A DNA stretch of 64,000 nt, from positions 3,989 to 67,988 of the IMG/VR virus record IMGVR_UViG_3300043446_001534, one strand, 5' to 3'. Origin of the DNA: a virus. A program made the translations under genes and the position numbers. The notes beneath the pieces were generated by a model. It did not search any database and had not been told where the DNA came from. It saw only the letters and a program-made list of their open reading frames with translations. Positions 40,463 to 51,301 of the stretch are shown here, in pieces. How positions within the stretch are numbered: position 1 is the stretch's first letter; every line of letters starts with the position of its first letter.

Positions 40463-40850
40463 GGGTGTGATAGGGCTCTAGCTGAGACATGTCAGTATCT
40501 ATAATCACAAACTGGTTATCAACAAATAGCGCGTTAGGTGATGCTACATACATTCCGTAAGGGTAGTCCATGAGGTTTAACACTTGTGGGTTGCTTAGCA
40601 GGATACTTCCAAAATATTCTGAAGTTTGAAACTCTTCTAAAACTTCGCCGTTCTTTAAAAACCTAACAGTGATGCCGTCGTGGTCTGGATAGTTTTCAGA
40701 GATGTCTAGAATTTCATCGTATCCAGTAAAAATAGCAGCGTGCTCGATGGACAGTGGTAAATCGTATAAACATTGGGTATCTATTACCCAAACTAAAGGT
40801 ATTCCATTTACACCTTGATGAATGAAAGTTATTGAATCGTCAGTTAGCAT
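40452..40850 (-). CDS. Acidic hypothetical protein (possible fibre assembly factor)
   Basis: Coupled ORF downstream of the fibre cassette. Confidence 0.55.
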   Translation of the reverse strand: MLTDDSITFIHQGVNGIPLVWVIDTQCLYDLPLSIEHAAIFTGYDEILDISENYPDHDGITVRFLKNGEVLEEFQTSEYFGSILLSNPQVLNLMDYPYGMYVASPNALFVDNQFVIIDTDMSQLEPYHTHDN

Positions 40851-40859
40851 ATTTTAACC

Positions 40860-41060
40860 CTAACATGCAGTTGTCCAACCGCTGCCTTCAGGAGCGGCAG
40901 GGGAACATGTTGCACCAGCACCAAAAGTTGCATCTGCACAGATTCCGGTGCTTGTACAACACCCTAAAGAAACCTGAAAACTAGTACAGTATTTTCCAGA
41001 TACGGGAGCAGCTGCTGCTGTACGTGAAGATGCTACTAATCCCTGAACGCAGCCTACCAT
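40860..41060 (-). CDS. 66-aa Cys-rich peptide at the end of the fibre cassette
   Basis: TAATG coupling to the fibre gene; 7 Cys. Confidence 0.6.
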   Translation of the reverse strand: MVGCVQGLVASSRTAAAAPVSGKYCTSFQVSLGCCTSTGICADATFGAGATCSPAAPEGSGWTTAC

Positions 41061-43000
41061 TATGACAAACCGTTTCCGCTGATTACCCAGGTAGTTGCAG
41101 TAGTTTTGATAGCGGTTGCGATACCGTTTGCGGCTAAAGTTCTTGTTCCAGTTGTTGCGGTATTTGCTAGACGCAGGGTGTCTGTTGTAATGGCAATAGA
41201 CAAAGATACAGATGGTGCGGTAATAAATGTAATTGTGGTTCCAATTTCATAGGCTACAGAAGAGTTTGCTGGAATAGTAACTGTCTGTCCAGTAACTGTG
41301 TAGTAGATATGCTTTCCTGCATCTGCAGCTACAAGGGTATACGCACCGCTTTGAGAGTTCTGCGGCATACCAATATAACCGGCAGTGCTTGCGGCAGTTG
41401 CAGCTACAGCTGCGGCCGGGGTTAGGGTTTGGGCTCCTGTAAATGTTTGAGCAGCATCTGTTCTAGCGATAGTTGCAGATGTGCTAGGGAACGTCATTGT
41501 TGTTGAGTCGGTTCCAGTCAAAGTCAGTGTTCTTGACACAGTTAGAGTTTTACCTACGTCAACTGCTAGCGTTCCAGAAATAACTGCAATATTTCCAGTA
41601 AAGTCTGGAAGAGTGGCGGTTCTGCTGGCTGTAAGTGTTGTTGGAGTAATAGTTACACCAAGCGAAGTTGTTCCACCAGCTCTACCAGCAATAATTACAG
41701 CATCTTGAGTTGCTGCGGGTCTAACGGTTTGTGAGCCAGTAAATGTGTTTCCGGCATCTGTTCTAGCAATAGTTGCGCTAGTTGATGGAAAGGTCATGGT
41801 AGTTGAGTCTGTACCAGCAAGCGTCAGCGTGTTGTTTACGTTTAAAGTTTTTGCGTTGGTAATTGTCAGTGTTCCAGTTGTTGTGGTAACCGTCAGACCG
41901 TTATAAGTCTTGCTTGTCAAAGCAGAAGCAATACGAGCATCGGCAACCGTACCAGTGGCTACGTTTGACCCGTTTAAGTTTGTAAGATTTGCACCTGACC
42001 CATTGAATATGGTTGCAGATAGAGTACCTGTTGATGGCACAAAGGATAATGCGGCAGATGTGGTTTTTGCTGGCAGATTGCCGGTGTTTGCTGTTACCCA
42101 GGTAGGGTATACGGATACTGCAGTGGCAGCATCATTTGTAATTGTAATATTAGTTGCGTTGGCTGCAGTTCCAGTCAGAGATGCGGTAATGGTATTAGCT
42201 GAAAAGTTTCCAGATGCATCACGAATAACTAGTGTTGAAGCACCATTAGCTGAGCTTGCGTTTGAACCGATTGTCCACGTACCAGATGTCTCGCTGAGAG
42301 CGATTCCAGCAGTAGTGTTTCCTACAATATTTAATGTCTTTGCTGCAGAGCCATCAAAAGTAAACTTGTCAGTTCCTTCAGTGGTTCCGCCATCAGCAGT
42401 CAGAGTCAGTTGATTGCTGGTTATGTTGGCTCCACTGGTCATTAAAGCTGCAGAGAACCAAGTACCCTGACCGCCTCCACCCCACTGAAGGCTTCTAGTT
42501 GTTGTGTCACCGTTGTACGCGGTAAAGTCTACATAATCTGTAGAGCCGTTTAAGTAGATAATTCTGCTGCCGCCCTGTGATAGTCCAGAGCCTGTGACTA
42601 CCTGATTTTGAAAAATTGCAGAAGTATTGGCATTTTTACGAATTTGAATATTGTATTGGTTGGTAGTAGTTCCGCCAGCAGTCCACCATGCATGTAAAGC
42701 GATGTTATAGTAGCCAGCAATAGTTGGCTGAAATCGCTTAGTTGTTGGGTTCCACCAACCTTGTGGGTCAAAATCGTCTACAAAGGATATGAGCACATCA
42801 TTTGTTGCGGATGCGATTGTCTGGTCTCCAGATAAAGACCCCTGAACAACGTAACTACTAGCAGTTATTCCAGTAAAAGTTCCCCACGTTGGTACGGCAT
42901 TAGAGCCGCCAGATAGTAGGACTTGGCCAACGGTTCCAGCAGAACCGTTAGATTGAAGTTCATTGGTAAGGTTTAACCCAGTGAGTACTTTACGAGCCAT
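41060..43000 (-). CDS. Long tail fibre-like protein with a C1q-like domain
   Basis: T/G/A-rich. Has RFQPTIAGYY..LNGSTDYV (C1q-like) and C-terminal YTLVAADAGK..TVTIPANSSVAY.IGT..WVISGNGL. Confidence 0.7.
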   Translation of the reverse strand: MARKVLTGLNLTNELQSNGSAGTVGQVLLSGGSNAVPTWGTFTGITASSYVVQGSLSGDQTIASATNDVLISFVDDFDPQGWWNPTTKRFQPTIAGYYNIALHAWWTAGGTTTNQYNIQIRKNANTSAIFQNQVVTGSGLSQGGSRIIYLNGSTDYVDFTAYNGDTTTRSLQWGGGGQGTWFSAALMTSGANITSNQLTLTADGGTTEGTDKFTFDGSAAKTLNIVGNTTAGIALSETSGTWTIGSNASSANGASTLVIRDASGNFSANTITASLTGTAANATNITITNDAATAVSVYPTWVTANTGNLPAKTTSAALSFVPSTGTLSATIFNGSGANLTNLNGSNVATGTVADARIASALTSKTYNGLTVTTTTGTLTITNAKTLNVNNTLTLAGTDSTTMTFPSTSATIARTDAGNTFTGSQTVRPAATQDAVIIAGRAGGTTSLGVTITPTTLTASRTATLPDFTGNIAVISGTLAVDVGKTLTVSRTLTLTGTDSTTMTFPSTSATIARTDAAQTFTGAQTLTPAAAVAATAASTAGYIGMPQNSQSGAYTLVAADAGKHIYYTVTGQTVTIPANSSVAYEIGTTITFITAPSVSLSIAITTDTLRLANTATTGTRTLAANGIATAIKTTATTWVISGNGLS

Positions 43001-43020
43001 AAGCTAATCCTATCACTCTA

Positions 43021-46020
43021 CTAGCCAATAACTACTGCGCGGTACTCGCTACCTGCCAATGTGGCTGAGTTGAAGGTTAGGGTTACAACGTTGGCACTTG
43101 TGGTTACGACATCAACCTCGACTGAAGCATTGGTTGAGTTTTGGTACACATCAACAACTACGTTAGAAGTGTTGAGGTTGTGAGTGACTGTCCAAGTTAC
43201 AACTCCTGAAGAAGCAGTAAGCGCGCCGTTGTTTTCTGCGTACTTCTTAGTGTAAGTACTTGAGTCAGAAGTTAGGTTACCGCTTGCATCTACCTTTACA
43301 AAACCTGCGGTTCCACCGGATAGTGGGCCAACCTTTGTAAGAACAGATGATGTACCGGCAGTTGGAGTCAAGTAATCAGTTCCAGCAGTACCTGCAGATA
43401 GAGCACCCGAAGCACCAAGCTTAACTAGACCAGAAGTTCCAACACCTGAAAGTCTTACAGAACCGGCAATGTCTGTGTATAGGGTGTTGCTAGTACCAAT
43501 TTGAATGTAACCATTTGAGCCGGAACCTGCTCCAGCGTTGATTGTTACTAAACCACCTTGGCCGTCAGCGACTCCGGTTGCAGACCCAGCGACGAGTGAT
43601 ACGCTACCACCAGTAGCTCCAACTCCAAGAGTTCCTGCAGTAGAAGCACCACCAGTAATGCTTACAGAACCACCAGTAGCCGGACCTCCTGACCATGATG
43701 TAGCACCACCGGTTAAGGTTATGCCGGTTCCGCTAGCTGTGGTTCTGTTTGGTAGAGTCACTGCCAGTGTTGTTCCAGCAGTACCAGTAATTGTAGTTAC
43801 GCTGCTAAGTGCTCCAGTAACATCTGCAGAGCCGTTGAAGTTTTGACCCCATAGAGTTCTGGTTGTTGTAAGTGTTGCAGCTGAACCAGTCGTATTTCCA
43901 GACATTGTTGAGTCTGTAAACGCGATTGTCTTACGAGTTGTGCTTGGTGTGAAGTAAAGGCTAGTACCATCAAATTCAACGGCACCGGCTGCAGCTGTAG
44001 TTAGGTTTGTACCTGACTGTAGATATAGAGGAGCAGTTCCTGCGGTTGCAGTTCCAGCACGAAGTGTAAGAGTTCCAGTTAGTGTACCTGGTGTAGCCAG
44101 AGTCATAACCGTGCTGCTTGAGCTTGGGAACGTCATTGTTGTAGAATCGGTTCCAGAGAAAGCAAGAGTATTGTTTACTGTCAAAGTCTTGCTTGTTGTA
44201 CCACCAGCAATGGTGAATCCAGTTGCGGCTGCGGTTAAAGTTAGACCGTTATACGTCTTACCAGTTAGAGCAGAAGCAATTCTTGCATCAGCTACTGTTC
44301 CTGTAGCAACGTTTGAACCGTTTAGGTTAGTAAGGCTAGCACCAGAACCGCTAAAGACAGTTGCAGAAAGTGTTCCAGTTGAAGGCACAAACGATAGTGC
44401 AGCTGAAGTTGTCTTAATTGCGTTGTTACCAGTATTTGCACCAACCCAAGCGATGTAGACAGAAGTTGCGGTTGCTGCATCGTTAGTTACACCAACGTTA
44501 GTTGTGTTGGTCGAAAGTGTTACAGCATTTGCACCAATTGCCGTAGTAATGTCTGTTCCTGATGCAACAGATACAGCTGAGGTGCCGTTTCCTCTAAGAA
44601 TTCCACCGCTTGTGAAAGTTGTAGCTCCAGTACCACCAGATGCCACTGGAAGAGTTCCAGTTGTCAAAGCCGAGCTAGAACTTGCGTATACTGCACCACC
44701 AGAAGTAAATGTTGTAAGTCCAGTACCACCGTAGCCTGTGCCAATAGTGGTTCCATTCCATGTACCTGTAGATACAGTTCCAAGAGTATTTATGGATGTT
44801 TGACCCTGATAAGTACTCTTTATGGCAAAGGTTGTTCCAGAAAGGGTAAGGGTAGTTTCATCTGCAAGATATGTACCAGCACCAGAGAACTGAGTGTACT
44901 CTATGTTGTCGGTACCAATCTTAATGGTTCCACTGGTTGCAGTACCTGAGTTCTTTTGGGTCCAACCGGTACTTGCTAGAGTATTACCACCAGTAACAAA
45001 TACAAAGTCACCAGCGGACATCTCTCCAAGGACCGAGTTATTTCCATCTGCTGTACGAGTAAGAGTAATGTTCGTGCTTACAGTGGTTACTTCATAAAGA
45101 CCGTTATGTAGCTTATTAGTTTGGTTCTTAACAAGAATACGAGTTTTATCTGTGGCATCTTGGGAAACAAGAGCTACACCATCAATTGAGTTTCCGGCTG
45201 CTGGGTAGACAAGAGTTGCTCCAACACCTGTACCGCCATCAGCACCGGTAGTACCTGCAGTGTATGTGGCTGAGGTAATGTTTGCAGTGGTTGCATACTT
45301 AACTGCGTCGTGAACGTTTAAACCTGCGGTTACCGAGTCAACATAGGCAATGGTAGCAATTGTGTTGGTATCAACGCTTACAGTACGAGCAGCAGAACCA
45401 TCAAACGTAGTTCCAGAAGATAGCGTTAGCCCAGTGCTAAAAGTGAGGGCATTGGCAAGAGAGCCAGCGGTACCGCTTACGTTTCCTGTAAGGTTTGCGG
45501 TAATTGTGTTCGCAGTAAAGTTACCGGATGCATCGCGGGCAACAATTGTTGAAGCCCCGTTTGCAGAGGCGGCTGTTGTAGCAGAGTTTAGAACCTTACC
45601 GGCACTTGAAATAGTTGCTAAGTAGGAATCAGCGATGGTTGCAGTGCTAGATAGGGCACCGGCTGCGTTAGTTAGAACTATACCAGCGGTTGTAAGTGGT
45701 GTGGTAATAGTTCCTGTAAAAGTTGGAGATGCAGTAGGCGCGGCCCCGATTGTGTTGTAAGAAACGGTTAGGGTGCTAGAGCCATCAAATGTGGACCCCG
45801 AAGCTCCTCCGGAACCAGCACTGTTAAAAGTAAGGGTGCTAATGGTTCCTGTTGTGATAACCTTCCAGGTGCTACCGTTGTAGTACTTTAGGCTTCCACC
45901 AGTGTTGTAGTAGATTTGACCAGTAGCTGGGGTAGACGGGTCGCTAGCAAGGTTCTGAAGAGCAGCATTTTGCAACTCATTCTTGTTGAGGTCAATCGGT
46001 ACTAAAAATTTACGAGCCAT
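43021..46020 (-). CDS. Long tail fibre-like protein (paralogue of the 41060 gene)
   Basis: Starts [19 protein letters not shown]; RILVKNQT...NGLY; C-terminal VTHNLNT..V.V. Confidence 0.7.
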   Translation of the reverse strand: MARKFLVPIDLNKNELQNAALQNLASDPSTPATGQIYYNTGGSLKYYNGSTWKVITTGTISTLTFNSAGSGGASGSTFDGSSTLTVSYNTIGAAPTASPTFTGTITTPLTTAGIVLTNAAGALSSTATIADSYLATISSAGKVLNSATTAASANGASTIVARDASGNFTANTITANLTGNVSGTAGSLANALTFSTGLTLSSGTTFDGSAARTVSVDTNTIATIAYVDSVTAGLNVHDAVKYATTANITSATYTAGTTGADGGTGVGATLVYPAAGNSIDGVALVSQDATDKTRILVKNQTNKLHNGLYEVTTVSTNITLTRTADGNNSVLGEMSAGDFVFVTGGNTLASTGWTQKNSGTATSGTIKIGTDNIEYTQFSGAGTYLADETTLTLSGTTFAIKSTYQGQTSINTLGTVSTGTWNGTTIGTGYGGTGLTTFTSGGAVYASSSSALTTGTLPVASGGTGATTFTSGGILRGNGTSAVSVASGTDITTAIGANAVTLSTNTTNVGVTNDAATATSVYIAWVGANTGNNAIKTTSAALSFVPSTGTLSATVFSGSGASLTNLNGSNVATGTVADARIASALTGKTYNGLTLTAAATGFTIAGGTTSKTLTVNNTLAFSGTDSTTMTFPSSSSTVMTLATPGTLTGTLTLRAGTATAGTAPLYLQSGTNLTTAAAGAVEFDGTSLYFTPSTTRKTIAFTDSTMSGNTTGSAATLTTTRTLWGQNFNGSADVTGALSSVTTITGTAGTTLAVTLPNRTTASGTGITLTGGATSWSGGPATGGSVSITGGASTAGTLGVGATGGSVSLVAGSATGVADGQGGLVTINAGAGSGSNGYIQIGTSNTLYTDIAGSVRLSGVGTSGLVKLGASGALSAGTAGTDYLTPTAGTSSVLTKVGPLSGGTAGFVKVDASGNLTSDSSTYTKKYAENNGALTASSGVVTWTVTHNLNTSNVVVDVYQNSTNASVEVDVVTTSANVVTLTFNSATLAGSEYRAVVIG

Positions 46021-46031
46021 CGTTTAATTTC

Positions 46032-46460
46032 CTATGTTAAGTAAGCGTAGCCGCTAACAGCTTGTGATAGAGCTACAGTGACCTGATTTGCTGATGGATA
46101 GGAAACGTCGGCTTCAACCACCGTACCAGCTGAATCTGTCACTATAACGCTTGGTCGATAGCCCAAGTTATGGGTTATTTCCCAGTTATATGATACCGCA
46201 TTCTGTACGTGGGTATATGAGACAGGTTGCTTATCTACCCACTGAGTGTCATATGAGGTATTTGATGATTTAGAAAGAATTTGCCCTGTACTACCGCCAG
46301 ATGCTACTCCTGCACCAGCCACTCCCTGGGGTCCTTGCGGTCCAGTAACTACTGTAGTTACGACCACATCCCAGGTGGTGCCTGTCCATTTCCAGGTTCT
46401 TTCGCCTACTGTAAACGTCTGGTTTACAGTTGGGTTGTTTGGAAAGTCTATTGCTGTCAT
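46032..46460 (-). CDS. Short fibre/collar protein with a collagen-like segment
   Basis: IDFPNNPT, GPQGPQG and W.ITHNLG.RPSV motifs. Confidence 0.6.
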   Translation of the reverse strand: MTAIDFPNNPTVNQTFTVGERTWKWTGTTWDVVVTTVVTGPQGPQGVAGAGVASGGSTGQILSKSSNTSYDTQWVDKQPVSYTHVQNAVSYNWEITHNLGYRPSVIVTDSAGTVVEADVSYPSANQVTVALSQAVSGYAYLT

Positions 46461-46469
46461 ATGTATATC

Positions 46470-47483
46470 CTAACTTGCTGCTATATAAGTGCCATTCACA
46501 TAAAATATGCTGGCTGTGGTAAATGTGGTTGGTGTCCCCTGTATAAGTAGGCTCTCAATCAAGGGTTTTGGACTGGCCGTGGTCTCCTTTAGCCAATGCA
46601 AGTCTAACGTCTGCGAGTTAGGTAGATGGTCGGCAACCATTTGAATATGGCCATTCAGTTCATCGGCTGGCTGAGATGGGTCCACCCAAGCCCAGGCTGA
46701 GAAGTGGTTAGCAGCTGTAGAAATAGGCATAAATGGCAAATCTACTTTAAACTGGCCTGTTCCAAAGTTTGTAACTGTGGTCATTTGTACTTTGATGTTA
46801 AACGACACTAACTGACCGACTTTGATGTAGTACGAATTGTAAGTCGGATAGGTAGAGTTTGTTCCGGTAAAAGTTAGACCGGTGGCTTGAAAAGTTGGAG
46901 ACCATCTAACTGCATTTGGGGAAAATACTGAAGATGGAGTCGACCAAGTTGTGTTGTAGTCCGTACTATCTACTTTTGTCAATATTTGTCCAGAAACCCC
47001 ACCGGAAGCTACCCCTTGTCCCGAAGAACCTGTCACTCCAGTATTGCCTCGGGGGATAGTAAGATTTAGTGTTTGACTTGGGGCATTACCAGTTATAGTT
47101 GCATAAGCATTAGAGCCGGGTGCTCCAGTTGTCACGGTTCCAATGTTAAAAGTAGTAGCTGGACCTAAGTAGCTTGAAGATGTCTCAACCCAGTATCCGT
47201 CATAGCGCAGATACATTTGACTAGTGGTTGAGTTGAACCATGTATCTCCAACATTAGGATTGACAGGAGCTGTTTCAGAAACTGTGTAAGTTCCTTTTGG
47301 CCCCTCTGGCCCCTGTGGTCCCTGACTGCCAGCTGGGCCAACTGCACCAGCTGGTCCGGGAATTCCCTGTGGGCCGCCCTGTGAAATCTCGATTTTGGTG
47401 ACTTGCTCTTGAACAATAATTTTGTTCTGGTCACGTTTATCAACTATGACTCTGTTTGGTTTGTCGTTACTCTCTAGTGCCAT
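46470..47483 (-). CDS. Collagen-repeat fibre protein
   Basis: G-X-Y run GPQGIPGPAGAVGPAGSQGPQGPEGPKG; LNLTIPRG. Confidence 0.7.
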   Translation of the reverse strand: MALESNDKPNRVIVDKRDQNKIIVQEQVTKIEISQGGPQGIPGPAGAVGPAGSQGPQGPEGPKGTYTVSETAPVNPNVGDTWFNSTTSQMYLRYDGYWVETSSSYLGPATTFNIGTVTTGAPGSNAYATITGNAPSQTLNLTIPRGNTGVTGSSGQGVASGGVSGQILTKVDSTDYNTTWSTPSSVFSPNAVRWSPTFQATGLTFTGTNSTYPTYNSYYIKVGQLVSFNIKVQMTTVTNFGTGQFKVDLPFMPISTAANHFSAWAWVDPSQPADELNGHIQMVADHLPNSQTLDLHWLKETTASPKPLIESLLIQGTPTTFTTASIFYVNGTYIAAS

Positions 47484-47854
47484 TATCTAGTTACCTCTGG
47501 CTTAACAACAAAGTTGCCTTCGATTAGGCGGTCAACTACACCTCCGCCAGAGACCAGTTCCAAGTCATAGACGTATATGTCTGGTACTAAGTTAGCTGTA
47601 TCTGCAGCAGAAATAGTTAGTGTTATCTGTCCCTTAGTTGCAGCATTGCTTCCAAGGGTAATTCTAGAGTTAGATGTAGTTAATGTGATTACAGTGTTTG
47701 CAGCATCTATAGTCTCTCTGACGTGCATTCTTGCTGTATATCCAGTCAGGTCGATAGCAGCGTTTGCAGAGTCTTTCCATGTAATAGTGCGGCTAAAGGT
47801 AGCACCTTGATTACATGTGAAATTATGGAGTCCAGTAGGTCCACAGCAGCTCAT
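47483..47854 (-). CDS. BppU/LtfC-like beta-sandwich fibre attachment protein
   Basis: QGATF..TW.D...IDLTGYTARM.VR...YVYDLEL...RLIEG.F.V..EVTR. Confidence 0.7.
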   Translation of the reverse strand: MSCCGPTGLHNFTCNQGATFSRTITWKDSANAAIDLTGYTARMHVRETIDAANTVITLTTSNSRITLGSNAATKGQITLTISAADTANLVPDIYVYDLELVSGGGVVDRLIEGNFVVKPEVTR

Positions 47855-47960
47855 GTTGCCTCGTTTCTAGGGGAGAAGTTAGTCTCTTCTATTTTACAAC
47901 AGTCTGCTGGTTCTAATAAGTGTATAGTTATAGGTATAACTACGCAGAACGGCTAATGAC

Positions 47961-48959
47961 TTGATATCAAAGAACATACAGACTGTCTACCCAAAAATCG
48001 CGGACTGGGGAGGCAAAACCACTCAAATCCGTAGGTTAATAGAGCCAGACAATAAACGTTGGTCTGCTTTTAACCCTTCAATTGCCTATTCTCCAGAGCT
48101 AGGCTATGCTGCCACAATTAGGTCAAGTAACTATGTCTACAACGAAACCCTAGGGACTATTGATGTTACCGATGGCGGTATGGTTAAAAACAAGGTGTGG
48201 TTTGCTGATTTGGACCAAAATACCTTAGAAATACTTGATATCCGTGAAGTTCAGTTTGAGCTTGATGACTACTCTTTAAAACGTGGAATTGAAGATGCCA
48301 AGTTGTTCTGGAGAGACGGTTCATGGTACTTTTCTGGAATAATGCTGGAGCGAGGGCATACTGATATTCCTAGAGTCTGCTTGTACAGGTACGACCACAA
48401 GCTGAATATTGCTAGCTTGGTTAAAAAATGGGGTGGACCAGATGTGTTTAGACCCGAGAAAAACTGGATGTTTCCTTACGACAATAATCCTAACTTTGAC
48501 TGCGTGTACGGCAGTACTGGGATAGTTAAAGACGACAAGTTGATTGCTACTTTTTCTAATCAATACGCTACTGGGGGGCTGCGCGGCGGTAGTAATTTAT
48601 GGAAGCTGGCAGATGGTGGATACCTTGGAGTGATGCACACTCTCTACCTAAAGACTCAGGCGACTTATAATCCAAGAACATTTGGGCATACTATGAGTCA
48701 GCAAAGACGCTACACTCATCAGTTTGTTAAATTTGATAACTTTGGGAAGCTCTGTCTAATCTCTGAAGAGTTTGTTTTTGATAGTCTTCAGATTGAGTTT
48801 GCTGCCGGACTTGTAGAAAAAGACGGCAACTACGTCATCTCTTATGGAGTTAATGATGTTGCAGCCAAACTAGCAGTGATACCAGTTGGTCTGGTTCACG
48901 ATAAACTAATGCCACTAGAAACTAAAACTGTTGATGTGTATCTTCAACCAATTCCATAA
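47961..48959 (+). CDS. Five-bladed beta-propeller glycoside hydrolase/phosphorylase-like protein
   Basis: FNPSI, GIEDAKLF, EKNWM, LRGGS, IEFAAG and SYGVND motifs. Confidence 0.65.
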   Translation: MISKNIQTVYPKIADWGGKTTQIRRLIEPDNKRWSAFNPSIAYSPELGYAATIRSSNYVYNETLGTIDVTDGGMVKNKVWFADLDQNTLEILDIREVQFELDDYSLKRGIEDAKLFWRDGSWYFSGIMLERGHTDIPRVCLYRYDHKLNIASLVKKWGGPDVFRPEKNWMFPYDNNPNFDCVYGSTGIVKDDKLIATFSNQYATGGLRGGSNLWKLADGGYLGVMHTLYLKTQATYNPRTFGHTMSQQRRYTHQFVKFDNFGKLCLISEEFVFDSLQIEFAAGLVEKDGNYVISYGVNDVAAKLAVIPVGLVHDKLMPLETKTVDVYLQPIP

Positions 48960-49193
48960 ATGAGCGATTTAGACCTTTTAGAGAATCCAAATACTGACAC
49001 TTCTGATACTGACAGTAGTGATGATTTTGCACACTATGCGGAATCCTCTGAGGTGACGGAGGGGTATATTATGGGAACTCCCGTAATAGCCCTCTGTGGA
49101 AAAATTTTTATACCCTCTAAAGACCCCAAAAACCTTAGGGTTTGCCCGATTTGCAAACAAATCGTAGAGGCACTATTCTTGAATCACGAGTAA
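48960..49193 (+). CDS. DUF3039 protein
   Basis: FAHY...GTPVIALCGK.F.P..DP....CP.CK, an Actinobacteria-typical pattern. Confidence 0.8.
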   Translation: MSDLDLLENPNTDTSDTDSSDDFAHYAESSEVTEGYIMGTPVIALCGKIFIPSKDPKNLRVCPICKQIVEALFLNHE

Positions 49194-49267
49194 TACTCGA
49201 CTCTTTTGAGTCGTTGTATACTGGTAAAACGTCAAAAACTCCCCCAGAAAGAGCGGTATAACTGCAT

Positions 49268-51301
49268 ATGTTCTCGTTTAAACTAAATGAAGAATTTGTG
49301 GCGGAGTACAAGCAAAAAGAATCACCTTTCGGTTACAAAGATGCCGCTGGCAACTCTGTAGGCGAGATTACATTCCTACGCACGTACTCGCGCAAGAAAG
49401 AAGATGGCACTAAGGAAACCTGGGCGGAGGTGTGTGAGCGTGTTACTAACGGAACTTATTCAATTCAAAAAGACCACGCACGTGCTAACCGTCTGCCATG
49501 GTCAGATGCTAAGGCTGCTGCCTCGGCTAAAGAGTTTTTTGACTCGCTATTCCACCTAAAGTGGTCGCCTCCGGGCCGTGGCCTTTGGGTTATGGGGACT
49601 CATATTGTAAATGTTCAAAAAAACTCGGCTGCTCTACAGAACTGTGCTTTTGTATCGACTTTGGAGATGACCAAGCAGAACCCAGGTAAGCCATTTGCGT
49701 TCCTAATGGAAGCGTCGATGCTAGGTGTAGGCGTAGGCTTTGACGATAAGGGTGCGGACAAGGGCTTTGAAATTTATGAGCCAGGCTCTCCGCAGGAGTA
49801 CATTATCCCAGATACCCGTGAAGGGTGGCAGGAAAGTACTGTTGCTCTAATCAACTCATACCTGAAGCCTGAACAACCTAGCTGGGACTTTAACTATGAC
49901 CAGATTCGTCCTTATGGCTCACCTATTGCAACTTTTGGTGGAACTGCTTCCGGCCCTGACCCGCTAATCGCCCTACACAACAAGATTCGTGAAATTTTTA
50001 TGGGTCGTAAGGGTCAGCTCTTAACTACTGTCGATATTGCTGACATCGGTAACCTAATTGGCCGCTGTGTTGTATCTGGAAACGTTCGCCGTTCGGCCGA
50101 GTTGCTGATTGGTCGTATTGACGATGACAACTTCCTAAATCTGAAGAATGCGGAGCGTTTCCCTGAGCGTAACTCTTATGACCCAGAAGTCCCCGGTTGG
50201 GGTTGGATGTCGAACAACTCGGTCATGGTAAACGTTGGGACTGACTTCTCTAAGATTATTGATGGCATCGTTCGCAACGGTGAGCCTGGCGTTATCTGGG
50301 AAGATATCTCGAAGGCTTATGGTCGTTTGATTGACCCGATAAACAATAAGGACCACCGCATTATGGGCTATAACCCTTGTGCAGAGCAGTCGCTTGAGAG
50401 CTACGAGATGTGCACCCTTGTTGAGACCTACCTAAACCGTCACGAAAGCAAGGAAGACTATCTTCGCACTTTGAAGTTTGCCTACCTATACGCTAAGACC
50501 GTGACTCTACTCCCTACCCACTGGGAGGAGACAAACGCAATCATGCAGAGAAATCGTCGTATCGGAACTTCCATGTCTGGTATTGCTAACTTTGCTGACC
50601 GCAAGGGTCTTCCGGAACTTCGTACTTGGATGAACGAAGGCTATGCAGTAGTAAAGAAGTATGACGTTACCTACTCTGAATGGCTAGGTATTCGTGAGTC
50701 AATCAAGACCACAACCGTCAAGCCTTCTGGAACCGTGTCGATTCTTGCTGGTGAGTCGCCAGGAGTTCACTGGACCCCGGGTGGTGAGTACTTCCTGCGC
50801 GCTATTCGCTTTGGAAACAATGACCCTATGTTGCCTCTATTTAAGATGGCTAACTATCGCATTGAACCTGCTTCAGAATCGCCAGAAACTACCTCGGTTG
50901 TGTTCTTCCCAATCAAGTCTGGTGCTATGAGAGCAGAACGCGATGTATCTATCTTTGAGAAGATGAACTTGGCTGTCATCGCTCAGCGTTACTGGTCGGA
51001 TAACTCCGTCTCTGTAACAGTCACTTTTGACCCAGAAACTGAGTCAGACAAGATTGGCACTGTTCTACATATGCACGATGGTCAGTTGAAGACTGTGTCA
51101 TTCCTACCTTCAGGAAACCACGTCTACCCTCAGATGCCGTATACCCAGATTACTAAGGAAGAGTATGAAGAAGCTGCTGCTAGCTTGTTCCCTATCTCTT
51201 TGACTGGTATCTATCAGGGTCTAGGTATTGAAGCTATTGGCGACGCTTACTGCACTACAGATGCATGCGAGATTAAGCTGATTGTAGAAAACCAAAAGTA
51301 A
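49268..51301 (+). CDS. nrdJ: Adenosylcobalamin-dependent ribonucleotide reductase (class II, monomeric RTPR type)
   Basis: PPGRGLW, ALQNC, GNVRRSA, NPCAEQ and TTVKPSGT motifs; C-terminal CTTDAC. Confidence 0.92.
   Translation: MFSFKLNEEFVAEYKQKESPFGYKDAAGNSVGEITFLRTYSRKKEDGTKETWAEVCERVTNGTYSIQKDHARANRLPWSDAKAAASAKEFFDSLFHLKWSPPGRGLWVMGTHIVNVQKNSAALQNCAFVSTLEMTKQNPGKPFAFLMEASMLGVGVGFDDKGADKGFEIYEPGSPQEYIIPDTREGWQESTVALINSYLKPEQPSWDFNYDQIRPYGSPIATFGGTASGPDPLIALHNKIREIFMGRKGQLLTTVDIADIGNLIGRCVVSGNVRRSAELLIGRIDDDNFLNLKNAERFPERNSYDPEVPGWGWMSNNSVMVNVGTDFSKIIDGIVRNGEPGVIWEDISKAYGRLIDPINNKDHRIMGYNPCAEQSLESYEMCTLVETYLNRHESKEDYLRTLKFAYLYAKTVTLLPTHWEETNAIMQRNRRIGTSMSGIANFADRKGLPELRTWMNEGYAVVKKYDVTYSEWLGIRESIKTTTVKPSGTVSILAGESPGVHWTPGGEYFLRAIRFGNNDPMLPLFKMANYRIEPASESPETTSVVFFPIKSGAMRAERDVSIFEKMNLAVIAQRYWSDNSVSVTVTFDPETESDKIGTVLHMHDGQLKTVSFLPSGNHVYPQMPYTQITKEEYEEAAASLFPISLTGIYQGLGIEAIGDAYCTTDACEIKLIVENQK

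Noticed and set aside
41452-44490. Diversity-generating retroelement TR/VR pair in the fibre genes
   Set aside because: The repeats differ at synonymous positions of all bases rather than at adenines, and there is no reverse transcriptase in the window.
49194-49267. Cobalamin riboswitch upstream of nrdJ
   Set aside because: The gap is only 74 nt with one small hairpin and no B12-box.
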